A stretch of DNA of 64,000 nucleotides from Emiliania huxleyi CCMP1516 (GCF_000372725.1 NW_005201240.1:216250-280249), one strand, 5' to 3'. Positions 49,353 to 62,276 are shown, numbered from the stretch's first letter. The notes: generated by a model not told the origin, from the sequence alone. A program made the numbers and translations.

Positions 49353-51162
49353 ATGAAGTTCACTCTCGCCGTCTTGGCAGCGGCGGCGCTCGCCGAGGAG
49401 GAGATGTGCAACTCATGGGCAGAGGCCGGCGAGTGCGCATCGAACCCTTCCTACATGGCCAAGCATTGCGCTGCCGCGTGCCGCCAAGCCAAAGCGACTG
49501 GAAAGACGCGAAGCGGCATGCGCCAGCAGATGGAGAAGGAGTGTGCGGGCTATGCACAGGCGGGCGAGTGCTCGCGCAACCCCGCCTTCATGCTCTCAAC
49601 GTGCCGCAAAGAGTGCGACGCGTGGGAGGAGCGAACCGGCCTAAAGATCGACCGCGACTCACGCTGTGTGGAGTGGTCGCTGCTCGGCCGGTGCGAGTCT
49701 CAGGACCTGGCGGCGCTCTGCAACACCTCCTGCACGGTGCAGGAGCGGTGCGCTCGCTCGACCTACTCGGGCTGGAGCGTCGGCGTCTGCGACAAGGCGC
49801 TGCGCTGCGAGGCCTCCGACAAGTCGAGCGGGTGCGCCGCGCGGGCCGCGCGGGGGGAGTGCCGCAGCGATGCCACGAGGATGGCGCAGGATTGCCTGCA
49901 GTCGTGCGCCGCGTCGGACGTGGACAGCGTGCTCTCCGCACACAGGCCGGAGGCCCGCGCCGTGCTCTCCTCGCGCATCGACGTCTCTAGCCGCGAGGCG
50001 CGCTCGCACGAGCGGTGCTGGCTGCCAGGATGGGCGGGCCAAAACACCTACAAGCTCATGCTGCCCACGCAGTGCGCCGCCGCGCGCACCCTGCCGTGGC
50101 AGCGCCGGGCGGTGCCGCCGCAGCGGCGCAGGGACGGACGCGGCGCAGACGCGCTCACCTGCCCTGTGGACGTGTCGCGCAGCACGCCGCGTGTTCGGCG
50201 CCGCTCCGTGTCGCTGACGGCGCCGCCGCACCCTCAACTTGGGCTGCTTGAGTCCTACGGCGGGAGGATCGCTCCGCCGCCGCACGAGGTGCGCGTGGTG
50301 CAGGTGCTTGCCTCTCCGCGCGTGCGGCTGCTTCACGACTTTGTGACGGCCGCGGAGGCGGCAGAGATTTTGCGGCTGTCCGAGTCGCACTTCCACCGCT
50401 CGCCAGTCCGCTCTGTCGCCCAGGACCGGAGGCCCAGAAGCTGAATACGTAGTCTTCTCCGTTGTATTCACGCCGTGCTCTGAATACGCTGCACAATACC
50501 GTATTCGTGCCCTGAGGTTGGCGTATTCTGCTTCCAGGACCGGAGGACGTCGTCGACGGCGACGCTCGCAGGCCGCAACTGGGCGGTCGACGCCATCCGC
50601 GCGCGCATCTCCTACTTCTCGGGCTACGACGACCCGATGCTCGAGCCGCTGCAGGTGGTGCGGTACCACCCGGGCGAGAAGTACGAGGCGCATCACGACC
50701 TCTTCGATCTCTGCGACTTTCCGCAGAAGCCGCGCCGCCACCTCACCTTCCTCATCTACCTCTCTGATCTGCCCGAGGTGCGGATGCAGCCGAGAGATGC
50801 CGCGAGATCGCCGAGATTGTGCGCCCTCCCGATCTGCGCCTCTCACTTGCCCGAGGAGGCGCGGGCGGGTAGAGCCACCCTCCCATAGGAGCCTTCTCAG
50901 AGCCCTCTCGGAGCCTTCTCGGAACCGATCGTAGGAGGACGGCGGCCACACCACCTTCCCGCGGCTCAACTTGCGCATCAAGCCGACCGCCTACACGGCG
51001 CTCGTCTTCAACGACGTCCTGGACTCGGGCATGGACGACGAGCGCACCGAGCACGCCGGCACCGCCCCCTTGCGCGGCGTGAAATACGCGATCAATGTGT
51101 GGATCAGAGCCCCCTCCGCCTCGAGGCAGCGCGGAGGCCTCTTCGGACGGCTCGGCTTCTGA
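49353..51162 (+). CDS. Secreted multi-ShKT-domain prolyl 4-hydroxylase (2OG-Fe(II) oxygenase), 3 exons
   Basis: Signal peptide, then repeated C..WA..GEC..NP.YM...C...C modules. Catalytic part reads SPRVRLLHDFVT, RTSS, EPLQVVRYHPGEKYEAHHD, TFLIYLSD, GGHTTFP and TEHAG...GVKYAINVWIR. Confidence 0.92.
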
Positions 51163-51526
51163 CGCGAGCTCTGTGGACTGTGCGTTGGGTGGGATTTGGG
51201 GTTCGGCTGCGACGATCACAGTAGTCAGTACGAAACTGCGCGTGGCAGCTTTCTTGATCTTGTGTGTGTGATGTATGACTGGGCTCTTCGGACGCTCCGC
51301 GAGCGCGGCGTGTCAAAATATATGTTTATGTATCTGAGCCCTTGGCCTCGATGCACACCCTCGACACCAAACCTCGACACTGACTCGACACCTCGACACC
51401 CCATGCCAACTGGCGTATCTCCTCTCCTATCTCGTATCTCCCCGTATCTCCCGGTATCTCCCCGTATCCCGCGGTCTCTCGCCGTCTCTCGCCGTCTCTC
51501 GCCGGCGAGTCCGTGACCGGAGCTCA

Positions 51527-53831
51527 CTAGCTCCGCTGTGCACCGCGGCCTCGAGCGGCCACCGCTCCCCCCTTAGCCGGCGTGCTAGGGCTGCTGCGTA
51601 CCGCTGCCGCGTCGAGGAGCTGACACAACCGTCGGCGCGCCGTGCTGCGCGCCGCTTTCATCTGCGCCACCTCGTGCGCCGCGATGAGCAAGAGGAGGAG
51701 CGAGATGCCGGCCACCATCCACGGGTTCCAAAAGTCACGTGCGGAGGAGTAGCCCGCGATGGTCCAGATCGCCGCCTGAGGGCTCAGGTCAACGCCTCCC
51801 CCTCGCGGGTGTGTGTGGGGCAGGAGCCAGGCAGTCTACCCCCCCCGCATACTGCTCCACACGCCCAAAGACACAGGCAGGGAGCCCGCCCCCCGCAAGT
51901 GCAAGCCCGGTGGGTCAAAGAGTCCGACCGGGCGCGTGGTCTCCGTTCCCCGACTGGGCGGGTCGTTTCTTGCGTCTCCCCCCCCCGTGGGCCCCCCCCG
52001 GGGGGGGGGGGGGGGGCGCCTCGAGCAGCAGGACGAGCTGCGCCAGCGAGCCGCTGCTCTCGAGCAGCAGCACCACCCCCACCTCCGCCGAGCTCACCTG
52101 CCGCGGCGCTCGCACGACGCACGCGTTCGTGAAGAGGCTCGCGCCGGCGCCTGTGGAGAGAAGGGGGAAGCGGAGGGTCTGTTTCGGGGGCATGTTCACT
52201 TGTTCAGGAGGCGTATCCGGAGAGAGGAGTGCCGTGGGGTGGCTCCCCCGGCGCACACCGGCGCAGAAAGCGATCGGCCAGAAGCTTGCGTCTCGGAACC
52301 CGTCGTCGTCCAAACCTAGGCTCGGTCGATCTCGGGAGATCTCGGGGCGATCTCGGGAGATCTCGTAAGAGGCGCCGCCGTCCATATGCCGGCGAGAGCG
52401 ACGGGCAGCGAGGCGGCGCCGACCGTCGCCGACCCGGCGATGGTTGCGAGGCCAACCACGGGGGCGTCGCTGTACCTGCGGACGGGCTCGTGGACGCCTC
52501 GTGGTTGTCGGTGGACGCGACCGTCGTTGAGGTGTCGTGGACATGTACATGTCGTGGACGTGTCGTGGGCGTGTCGTGGGACGTGTCGCGGGCGTGTCGT
52601 GGGCGTGGAGACGTGTGTCGGAGAGAGGAGGGTCTCGGAAGGTGTGGCTAGAGGTGTGGCGTCGGAGGAGTGTCGCTGTGCCGTGTGACAGAGCGGCTGG
52701 TCGTGAGGAGGGAGGCGAGGCAGAGGCCGGCGGCGAGGGCAAACATGGCGCTCCGCCGCGCGCCGGCGAACTCATCCTCGACGCTGAGCAGCAGCCTGGG
52801 GGGGGAGATCAACGTGTAGATCAACGTGGAGAGCGGGTGAAGGGGAGAGGCGAGGCAGAGGGCGGTAAGGGGCGCGGGGTGGACGTGGGGGCGGCGCGAG
52901 AGGCGCTGTTGAGTGACGAGGGGCGCGGATGAGGGGCGATCGCCAGTGCTCGGTCTCCAAGGGCCGCCTCCGGCCGCAATGGTGTGGGTTTTGCCAGACA
53001 ACCGGTTAGACGGTCCCCGTGGGCCCGCCGGCGAGAAAGTGGTGATGGTGGGCAGGTGCGCGGGGTGGGGCGGGGCGCAGGCGTGCACATCCATCGGTAC
53101 GCGGGCTTGCTTGGCAGGATGACGCCGATGGCGGCGGCGGCGGTCGCGGCGACGAGCGCGGCGACGGTGCGGCGAGGGAGGACGTCGCCTTTGCAGTCCG
53201 ATCACCCTTGTGAGCTACGGAGCCGCGGCCGCAGCGAGCACTAACTCAGCGAAGAGCACGATCCGTCTCGAGTGCTGGCATGAATTCGATACAGGGGGGT
53301 CGGCGTGTCCCGCATCTAGGCGCCGTCGCCCAGCACCACCCTCCCGAGCAGCGCGGCCCAGAACGGGCAGAGGGAGATCAAGAGGAGGGCGAGCGCCGCC
53401 GACCCGCCCGTCGAGTAAAATGCCGCGGCGCGGCAGCTCAGAGCACTCGCATGCAGTAGCGAGCCAGCGGCAAAGTGAGCAGGCACCCGCGCCGCCGCGG
53501 CGGGGAGGCGCCGGACGGCGCCGATCCCGTTCTGATGCAACAGCAGCCCGCTCGAGAAGAGCGCGCTCGCCAGGCCCTTGATGGCGAGCCACTCGGCGAG
53601 CGACGCGCCGTCCAGCGTGATTGCGAGCCGCGTGAGGAGTGCGTCTGCGGTCCCGGCGACGAGGCCGACCGAGAGGAGCGCGAGCGTACGGCGGCGTACA
53701 GCGGCCGTGGTGCGGCGCTGCGTGCGGAGGCTGCCCTCTGGCTCGCACAAGCCGTCGCGTGGAGTCGCCGCGAGCGACTCGGGCGGGGAAGTGGAGTCAC
53801 GAGATGGCGAGGCGATACACGTGGACGACAT
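51527..53831 (-). CDS. Drug/metabolite (EamA-like) transporter, multi-exon
   Basis: Multiple TM helices. DALLTRL, ALLLISLCPFWAALLGRVVLGD and APRQVSSAEVGVVLLLE; the final helix is VAGISLLLLLIAAHE. Confidence 0.65.
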
Positions 53832-54484
53832 GGACGACAGGGGCGATCGGATGATCACGGGCGGCGGCGAGGAGGGCGGCGGCACGCGCCCTTGCGGCGC
53901 ACCCAAGCGACACCCCTGTGAAGACGCCGTTCTTGGGATTTTCTACTGCGAAATTGACCGCGGCAAGTGTATTCTTTTTTGTGCCGGGCCTCATGACACA
54001 TGAGTTGTTGTAGAGTGTCCTGACCGACCCCTGCCCCTACCTACGTGTGTGTGTGTGTGTGTGCGTGTCCACGTTGGAGCCAGGTGTGGTGTGGGCGCGA
54101 GAATAGCTCCGCCGTTCATGGAGGCAACCGATGCGAGTCGACTGGTGTGTGTCGTCGTGGTTTCGTATCAAGAATACTCACTCACTCACCCCTACCTACG
54201 TCATACCTACCTACCTACCGGTACCACACAACAAATCTCTCTCTCTCCCGGTACCTACACCTAGCAACGTAAAAAAAAACACCTACCCTCAAAAGGTAAG
54301 GGAAAAGCAAACTAAAAAAGAAATAACTGGATGGGTGGGGTACTATACCAACTAAAGTGATGGTTGACTCTCCTGCAACCACACTCCACACACCACAGTC
54401 CTTCCTGTGACATGGGAGCTTGGCAGGCCACTCTCACAAGCCCTACAAGAGATTACAAGCTCAAGCATCAGATCACCGAAAACG

Positions 54485-55250
54485 CGGTCAAACTGAGACG
54501 AGATGGAGGATTTAGGGACATGTGTCCCCGCCCTGCACGATCTTGGTGTGAGGGATCTTCAATCCGTCCCCTCACCCTCATCACAACCCGGCACAGAAGA
54601 GCGGCAAGAGATACGGCTGCGGCTACGGCTGCGGCTACGAGAGGGGCCAGGGTCGCGGGAGAGTCGCTGCGCCGCGTGGACGCGCCTACACCGCTCTTGC
54701 TCCGCTCGCCACCTCTCGCAAAGGTCCAAAGTCATAGCCACCACCTCCTCCGGCAAAAGTCCTTGTTCGCCCTGGAGTATCGGGGGAAGGGTTGACATCG
54801 TGATTTCCGCGGAAATTTTCTTTTTCTGCTGTGAAAATTCCAGCCTGAAGAGAGGGAAAGCCCCGACGGGAGGGCCCAATCCTACCCTACACGTTACCCC
54901 GGGCCCGGCATTTGAGGCCCGGCCCGAAGCAAGGGGGAAAGAATACTGGGCTGGGTTTTTAGGCATTGTGGGGTTGGCACTCCCATCGACCCTCATGACC
55001 TCCTGCGGTCTCTGAGATGGACACCAGTGGGTGTGGGACCACAGCCAGGATACACTCGAAGGCTGGGTAAGCAGTAGAGGTCGATACTCGACGCGTCCCA
55101 CATGGTCTGTGTCGCTGTCGGCACGCTGTCGACAGGACGTCGAGCGACACCGGTGGCAGTGCCACCCAGGAGTGGTCGGGCGGTCTCCCGTCATGAGAGA
55201 GTCACCATGTGATCCGTATGATGATTCCTGACAACCGCCTCAGTCAACTT
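54485..55250 (-). mobile_element. Putative non-autonomous retroelement: hairpin-rich leader, 79-aa ORF (54798-54559), LINE-like 3' end
   Basis: The 3' part is homologous to 5895-6075, and the leader shares AGAGGTCGATACTC with family A. The 5' boundary is approximate. Confidence 0.5.
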
Positions 55251-55740
55251 TCGTCACAGTTCCCGCTCTGAGAGGAGCTGCGGGTCAGTTCGACAGCTGG
55301 AGCTGTGTCGCCGGATTGCGGCGGCCTGCCTCCGGAGGTGCCTCTAGGTGGACATTTTTTGGTCACCGTGAGAGAACGCGTTCGAATTTTCACTCCGGAA
55401 CTTCAACTCCGCACGCGCACCGGCCAGGGCTACAATAGTGCCAGTGAGGCGAAGGCGCGAGTCGGAAGGCCGCGACCGTCAAGTGTTCCCTTCATTTTCC
55501 TACAATCGCTGTGAACCCAGCCACGTACAGTAGACAGTTTACTATCTGTTACTGACACACTACTGTGTACACTGCGCGTACTATAACTTTATTTGCTGAT
55601 GCCGGTGGTGGCCCGCGCTGTGAGTCGGTGACCTGTGTGAGAGAGGTACCACGCAGGTAGGCTCAGGTTCGTCAAGCAGTCTTCGTCTGAACAAAAAATC
55701 AACACCCTGAACACCGTGCCCATGCGCCATGCGCCATGCC

Positions 55741-56364
55741 TCAAGTCACTCCAAGCAGCAGCAGCAGCACCCTCCACAGCTGCGGAATGGCTAGCGCCGC
55801 GATCGCGCAGGCCCACGCTGCGCATACCCTGCGGTCAAACTGGTAGACCTCCACGAGATGCAGCCGCCCCTCGCCGCCGGAGGCGGAGCGGTAATGGTGC
55901 ATGGCTACCCACAGGCCGATGAGGCGGAAACGGAATTCGAAGCGGCGGGCCAGCGTGACGCGGGACGCGCCGGTCCGAGCGCGGAGGCACTCGACCACAT
56001 TCCGATGCACCGCGAGCGGCGTTGGAAGAAGCGGCTTCTCGTCGTCCTCTCCCGCCGCGTCGAGCGTCCTGGTCTGGCGGAGGAGCGTGCACAGCCCGGT
56101 GAGGCTCCACAGCACCAGCGCGTAGTACTTGAGGAGCGTCAGGGTCCGCACCTCAAAGGGAAGGCTGACGTTCTGCGCGGCGTCCTCGGCCTGAAAGGCT
56201 GCGGGGTCGTATGTTGATGGCATGAAGAGAATCACGCCGTCGAAGCTTTTGACGCAGCGCCGCGCCGCCGCCGGGCCAACGAGCATGCCGTGGAAGCGCC
56301 AGTAGTCGAGCATCTGCTGCGAGGACTCCGACGCTGCGGCGAGCGGGATGAGACGCACCAGCAT
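55741..56364 (-). CDS. Hypothetical membrane protein (about 207 aa)
   Basis: Uninterrupted ATG ORF with protein-like composition and two hydrophobic segments. No family recognised. Confidence 0.5.
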   Translation of the reverse strand: MLVRLIPLAAASESSQQMLDYWRFHGMLVGPAAARRCVKSFDGVILFMPSTYDPAAFQAEDAAQNVSLPFEVRTLTLLKYYALVLWSLTGLCTLLRQTRTLDAAGEDDEKPLLPTPLAVHRNVVECLRARTGASRVTLARRFEFRFRLIGLWVAMHHYRSASGGEGRLHLVEVYQFDRRVCAAWACAIAALAIPQLWRVLLLLLGVT

Positions 56365-56485
56365 GTGCACACAGTCGGCCTTGCTATGTTTGGTCGTTTG
56401 CCGCGCACGCGCTTGCCGACTCGGCGTGCCGCCTTTGATTTCTCACCCCTGCGGGTTCATTTCTTTCTTGTTGGTTGTCTTCATT

Positions 56486-58896
56486 TGAGACTCGCCTTGC
56501 AGATCACCCGGCGTTTTCCAGATCACCCGGCGTGAGCGGTTTCAGATCACCAGGTGCGGCAAAATGTCGTTTCCAGATTAGATACCCACCCAACACGGCG
56601 AAATGTCGTTTCCAGGTTACCCGGGAGCGGATTAGGCTGTACGAGGTTTTCCTCTCGCACCCCGTCTGTTTTCCTTTCACCGCCTGGGTATTTTGTCGAT
56701 TCCTCAATTTTGCCTCAGATTTTGCCCCAGACCAGCTCTCAGACTCAGGGAAACTCGCGAGTTTCCGGAATGGAGCACCAAACACCCTCTGTTTTCCCTG
56801 GAAATTTCCGGCAACGCAAAGTGCTGGGGACCCTCTGTTTTCCTTTTTGTTTTCCGGAAAACCTCGTACAGGCCAAGGAGCGGAATTTCTTTTTCCAGAT
56901 CACCCGGTAGTGGGATGCGCCGGGTAATCTGAAAGAGTTGTACGGATTCACGACTGCGTCATTCAAGCAAACGAGGCCGGGGATTCCGAGTGGGAGCTCT
57001 CCTTAGGACACGTGCCGCAGGTGCTCGCTCTCTGTCTGGACGATGTTCACGCTGAGTCCGGCCTTTGCGCCTAGCTAGGCAGCCGTGTCCGGGTAAGCTG
57101 AAACGAGAAATTTTGCCTGAGCGGGTAATCTGAAAGAGAAAATCGGGTCACTCCTCATCGCAAACCCTGTCAGCAGTCCTCCTCCGGGAATGTACGTAAG
57201 AGCCACATACATTGAAAAGTATGTTAGCCGCCGGGTGATCTGGACGAGAAATTTGGCCGACCGGGTAATCTGCCCTGAGAAATTTTAGCGACCGGGTAAG
57301 CTGAAACGCGAATTGTGGGAGACTGGGTAAACTGATTTGTCAGTTTTTTGATGAAATTACTGGGATAAATTTCAGATTACCCGGTTTTTGAGATTCGCCT
57401 CGCAGATCACCCGGCGTTTTTCAGATCACCCGGCGTCTGCGACTTTTTGCCTCGCAGATCACCCAACACGGCGAAATGTCGTTTCCAGATTACCCAACAC
57501 AGCGAAATGTCGTTTCCAGGTTACCCGGGTCACGAAATTTCTTTTTTGAGCTAGACTTCGTTGTTACTAGGAACAAGCGAAGGCACACACGACATGACGC
57601 CAAACACACGATTGCACGCACCGCACCGCACCTCGCACCCGCGCCCGCCGCCCCCCCGACCCCCGCCCCGCCTAGGTGGGAAAGGGATGAGGAGATGGGA
57701 CAGCGAAGGAGGAGCACTAGCACGTATGGAAGGGTTCAATGATGCGCCACGCTGCCCGGCGTTTCTCACTTTCCGGGACAGCCCCGCCCTTTCGAGGCAG
57801 GAGAGAATTTCTTTTTCCAGATCACCCGGTTTTCGCCTCGCAGATCACCCGGCGTTTTCCAGATCACCCGGCGTGAGCGGTTTCAGATCACCCGGTGCGG
57901 CAAAATGTCGTTTCCAGATTACCCAACACGGCGAAATGTCGTTTCCAGATTACCCAACACGGCGAAATGTCGTTTCCAGGTTACCCAACACGGCGAAATG
58001 TCGTTTCCAGGTTACCCGGATCGTGAAATTTCTTTTTCCAGATCACCCGGTAGTGGGATGCGCCGGGTAATCTGAAACCGTTTGGGATTCACGACTGCGT
58101 CATTCAAGCAAACGAGGCCGGGGATTCCGGGATTCCGAGTGGGAGCTCTCCTTGAGCACTTGAGCACCGGATAGGGTCGATTCCGCATGGTACAGGACCC
58201 CTTAGGACCAAGTGCCGCAGGTGCTCGCTCTCTGCACTCTGGACGAGGTGCACGCTCGCGTCCGGGTAAGCTGAAACGAGAAATTTGCGCGCCCGGGTAA
58301 TCTCAAAGAGAAAAGTTAGCCGCCGGGTAATCTGGACGAGAAATTTGGCCGACCGGGTAATCTGACATGAGAAAAGTTAGCGGCTGGGTAAGCTGAAACG
58401 TGAATTGTGGGAGACTGGGTAAACTGGTTCTCAGTTTTGACGAGAAATTTGGCCGACCGGGTAATCTGACATGACAAATTTTAGCGACCGGGTAAGCTGA
58501 AACACGAATTGTGGGAGACTGGGTAAACTGGTTTGACGGAAATCGCGCTAAGCAGGAAAATATCGTTCGTCGGGTAATCTGCGAGGCGAATCTCAAAAAC
58601 CGGGTAATCTGAAATTTATCCAAATTACTGCTGAGCAGGAAAATCGTTGCCGGATAATCTGGACGAGAAACTTGGCCGACCGGGTAATCTGCCCTGAGAA
58701 ATTTTAGCGACCGGGTAAGCTGAAACATGAATTGTGGGAGACTGGGTAAACTGGTTTTGTTGTTAAACTGGTTTCACGGAAATCAAACAAACTGGTATTG
58801 CTAAAAATCTCTCTCGGAAATCGCGCTAAGCAGGAAAATATCGTTGGCCGGGTAATCTGCGAGGCGAATCTCAAAAACCGGGTAATCTGAAATTTA
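56486..58896. repeat. Foldback-like array of CAGAT(T/C)ACCC / GGGTAATCTG motifs in alternating orientation
   Basis: Orientation flips near 56915, 57360 and 58060. 57364-57412 is the reverse complement of 58571-58620. Block 56884-57050 is duplicated at 58027-58260. Confidence 0.9.
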
Positions 58897-58996
58897 TTCT
58901 TCATAAAATGGGAGGGTCGGCCCACGGGGGGACTTGGTGAACTGAAGCGGCCCCACGATTTTAGAGAGAGAGATTCTTGTTCTTCGATTTTATGAG

Positions 58997-59476
58997 TTGG
59001 CCTAAGCACAATATTCTCGAATATCTCCGAGAATATAGATGGTCCCGCGCACTTTCGTATTCGAGAATATTCTCGAGAATATAGATGCCCCGGCGCGGCT
59101 TTTTCTCAAGAATCTACAAGTTTTCTTCAGCCCTTGACCTTGGTTGACCTCGAGTCTCAAGATATTCTTGAATATTCTCGACGTTACATCGCGGCGTCTA
59201 GAACGGTCTTGACTACAGCTTCTCGAAGCAGCTCTTTTGCCCCCTCAACAGTAGGTTTTGGGTCGATGCTGACGGAAATCTTTAAGTTTTGGACGTTCCT
59301 GAGCGGTTTGGGAGCACAAACCTCTACTTTAGAGCGATTTTTGGCGTCCGCTGACCTCTCGCGTGGTGAAAATATTCTCAATATTCGAGAATATTCTCGA
59401 GAATATAGATGGTCTGGCGAGAATATAAGCAAAAGAATATAGATAGTACTTGGCGAGAAAAGCGTGCTTAGGCTAA
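58997..59476. mobile_element. 480-bp MITE with 13-bp TIR and 8-bp TSD (hAT-like)
   Basis: Ends are TTGGCCTAAGCAC and GTGCTTAGGCTAA. TTTATGAG is at 58989-58996 and 59477-59484. Subterminal GAGAATAT/ATATTCTC repeats. Confidence 0.8.
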
Positions 59477-59698
59477 TTTATGAGTGGGGGAGTGATTTCT
59501 TTTGGGGGCAACTCTCGGTCACAAAAAGAATTTTCACATGCGTCCTCACCCCAGGAAATTGTATTTTGTTCTGGCAGGAGGGTTCCAACTTTGGTTGCGC
59601 TCCATACCATACCCCGCAAAAAGTCCGAACCCTGCACCCCTCTCCTCGGCGTTCACCGGCGGCCAGTGTCTCATCAACAGCCTCAATCCAACCAAGTC

Positions 59699-60298
59699 AT
59701 GGGCTTCGCGAGCATCTACACCAAGGCGACGTCCGTCATCTTCGGCATCTACGCCCTGCAGATGATATTGATTCCAGCAAACATGGTGAGTCTCCTCGAT
59801 CGGCCCTCCCGCACCGCCACAGACTCCTCGATCGGCCCTCCCTCACCACAGACTCCTCGACCGGCCCTCCCGCACCACAGACTCCTCGATCGGCCCTCCC
59901 TCACGCCGCACCACCCACAGAGGCGTTACGCACACACATCTGAACGATGACCAGAACCGCGCGGCAGAGCCGGCCGACTCCCGCTCCAGGTGACCGACCA
60001 CTGGGATATGCCGTCGACGCCCGGGATGGAGTTCTGGATCCGCGGCCACGGCGTGTCTCTGCTGGTGCTGTGCTACCTGTCGATGCACGTGCCTACCGCG
60101 GTCGCGGCCAAGGCGGCCTTTGTCCTCTCTCTCGGCATCGCCATCGTGTACCCGTTCAACGCCAAGTTCGGCTACCTCACGCCGGGGCTGCCCCTCAAGT
60201 ACCCCATGCACTACGTGCCCGAGGGCCTCATGCTAGGCCTCACCGGCGCCGGCCTCGCCGCCGTCATGGAGTCGCCGGGCGGAGTGAAGACGGCCTGA
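59699..60298 (+). CDS. Small 4-TM hypothetical membrane protein (2 exons)
   Basis: MGFASIYTKATSVIFGIYALQMILIPANM|VTDHWD...FWIRG...YPFNAKFGYL...KYPMHYVPE, with a GT-AG intron containing tandem repeats. Confidence 0.75.
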
Positions 60299-61706
60299 AA
60301 AAGAGGCCGGGATTCAACGCCGATCGAGAGGACTTGCAGCAGAAAGAACGGCCGTCCGGTGTGGCCCACCTTGGCTCTTTAGACTTAGCACGGGCGTGTT
60401 CTTCTACGGGCGTGTTCTTCCAATCCCGCTAGGGTGGGCGTGCTTTCACAGCCTTTCGACACAGCCTGGACACAGCCTTGGAGTGGAGTGCAGTCAGTAA
60501 CCCCAGGGCCGGGGAGCTAAGTCCTAAGATGACCTAAGAAGCACACGCACCCAGAGGACGATTGGCATCGGGCTACGGGCAAGAGAGCCCTGACCCCTGG
60601 GGGGTGTGCGCGGTCGCAAAGCAAGAAAATTCTTTTGGAAATTCTTCGTCTACCCTTATAAGTCTCTCGTGTCGGCGCCGTCGCTCTTTTAACCGTAGAA
60701 CGTCCCAGCTGAACACCGCCCGCCGACGATCGATCAGTCCACATCGTCGGCCCGCAGCGACCCGGCACCCCGCAGCGACCCGCAGCGATGGATGCCGCCC
60801 CCCACGGCCCCTACGGCCGACGCGCCGATGCACGACCGGCCTCCGTCGGACGGCTCTCCGGCCTCTCCGGCCGCTGACGAGGCCGCCCATGCTGCTGCCG
60901 ATCCGGTCCCTCTCACGCTCAGCGATATCCGCACAAGCTACGACAACTTCGAGGTCGCCGGCTTTGGCCAGGTGCAGCCACCACCTGCTTGCCTCCATGT
61001 TCACGCTTCGCGCCCCTTCCCCCCTCTGACGCCGCCGTATGACCTTAGGTGAGGGGCACGACTACCCGCCTGGAAGGCGCTCTCATCAGCAAGTCACCCA
61101 GGCACCAACTCCTGGGCGTTTACGCTTGACTACGAAACCATGCAGTGGATGCAGCTCGATCAAAACGGCGACGCCAACAGCTGGTCCCTGGGCGAGTTCC
61201 TCGCCCAGGATGAGGTGCGAGTCATGATGCTCGACCCAGCGTGCACCAAGTCGCTCACATTCCGTGAGTTCGTCAACGGGCGATTGCGATCTCGAACTCC
61301 GACAACTGGACCGGTGCACCGCGCGGAGGACGATGGCTCCCTCGACGACATCCCTTCATCGACGGACGCCTTCACCGCCGCCGGCCCTGGGCCATCCATC
61401 GCGGCCTCCGACTGGCTGCCGCAGCTCACACCCTAATCTATCTGCCTTAGGCACGGAGCCAACGGAGCCATCGCGCACGCCCGCAGCATCGCGTGCGGCT
61501 CCGAGGTCTCCCGCCGAGACCGGCTCGGCGCGGGTTTGACTGACGTGACTGACTGATGAGTGCTTGCGAGAGAGAGATTTTTAGCAATGCTTGCGATGGA
61601 TGATCTCCGACACCCAAAACCAAAATGCAAATGCGGAGTGGAGCCCACACTTCGCGTGCAGATCCTGCGTCTCTCACTGCCCGAACAACAGAGGCGGGTA
61701 CCGCAG

Positions 61707-62075
61707 CCCTGCCTTAGCGAAAATTTTTCACAATATCGCAACCGCGATACCGCGCGATATTTGGCGATAAAATGCGATAAATGGCGATGTTGTGCGATGC
61801 TCGCGATCACGCGAGCCCTTCACAGCACGCCTCAGCGACGCGCGTGAAGCGTTACACGTGTCAGTCCTGGGCGCCGAAAGTGCGAGAGGTGCTGGTGGGC
61901 GGCGGGAAAGCGCGACCGGAAAACAAAGAAATATAAAATATGCTCGGAACGTCACCGTCACCGCCGCCGGGGCCGGAGGGGTGCGCGATATTGCGCGATA
62001 TTGCGCGATATTGCGCGATATTGCGCGATATTGCGCGATCATTCACGATATACAGAAAATTTCCGCTAGACAGGG
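61707..62075. mobile_element. MITE-like element with imperfect ~20-bp TIRs and CGCGATATTG subterminal repeats
   Basis: CCCTGCCTTAGCGAAAATTTT versus AAAATTTCCGCTAGACAGGG. No clear TSD. Confidence 0.55.
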
Positions 62076-62276
62076 ATTACCGCCGCAGGTCCCACACTAG
62101 TTGTAAAAACCCGCCTTGACCCAACATAGAGGGCGTTGTGTAGCCTAGCTTTTGGGTAATATAAAAAAACTCTTTGCAGCGCGGGGGTAGAGGACAACCC
62201 GGCCGAACCAGGCCGAACAACAACCTGGCAACAATAACAACCTCCGCTCTACTCGGCTGTCGGCAGTATCGCGTAC

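Noticed and set aside
60792..61436. Possible two-exon gene downstream of a family-B copy
   Set aside because: I could not join the coding-like pieces in frame without a stop or frameshift.
61553..61575. CTGATGAG hammerhead-like core
   Set aside because: There is no downstream GAAA and no stems to complete the fold.
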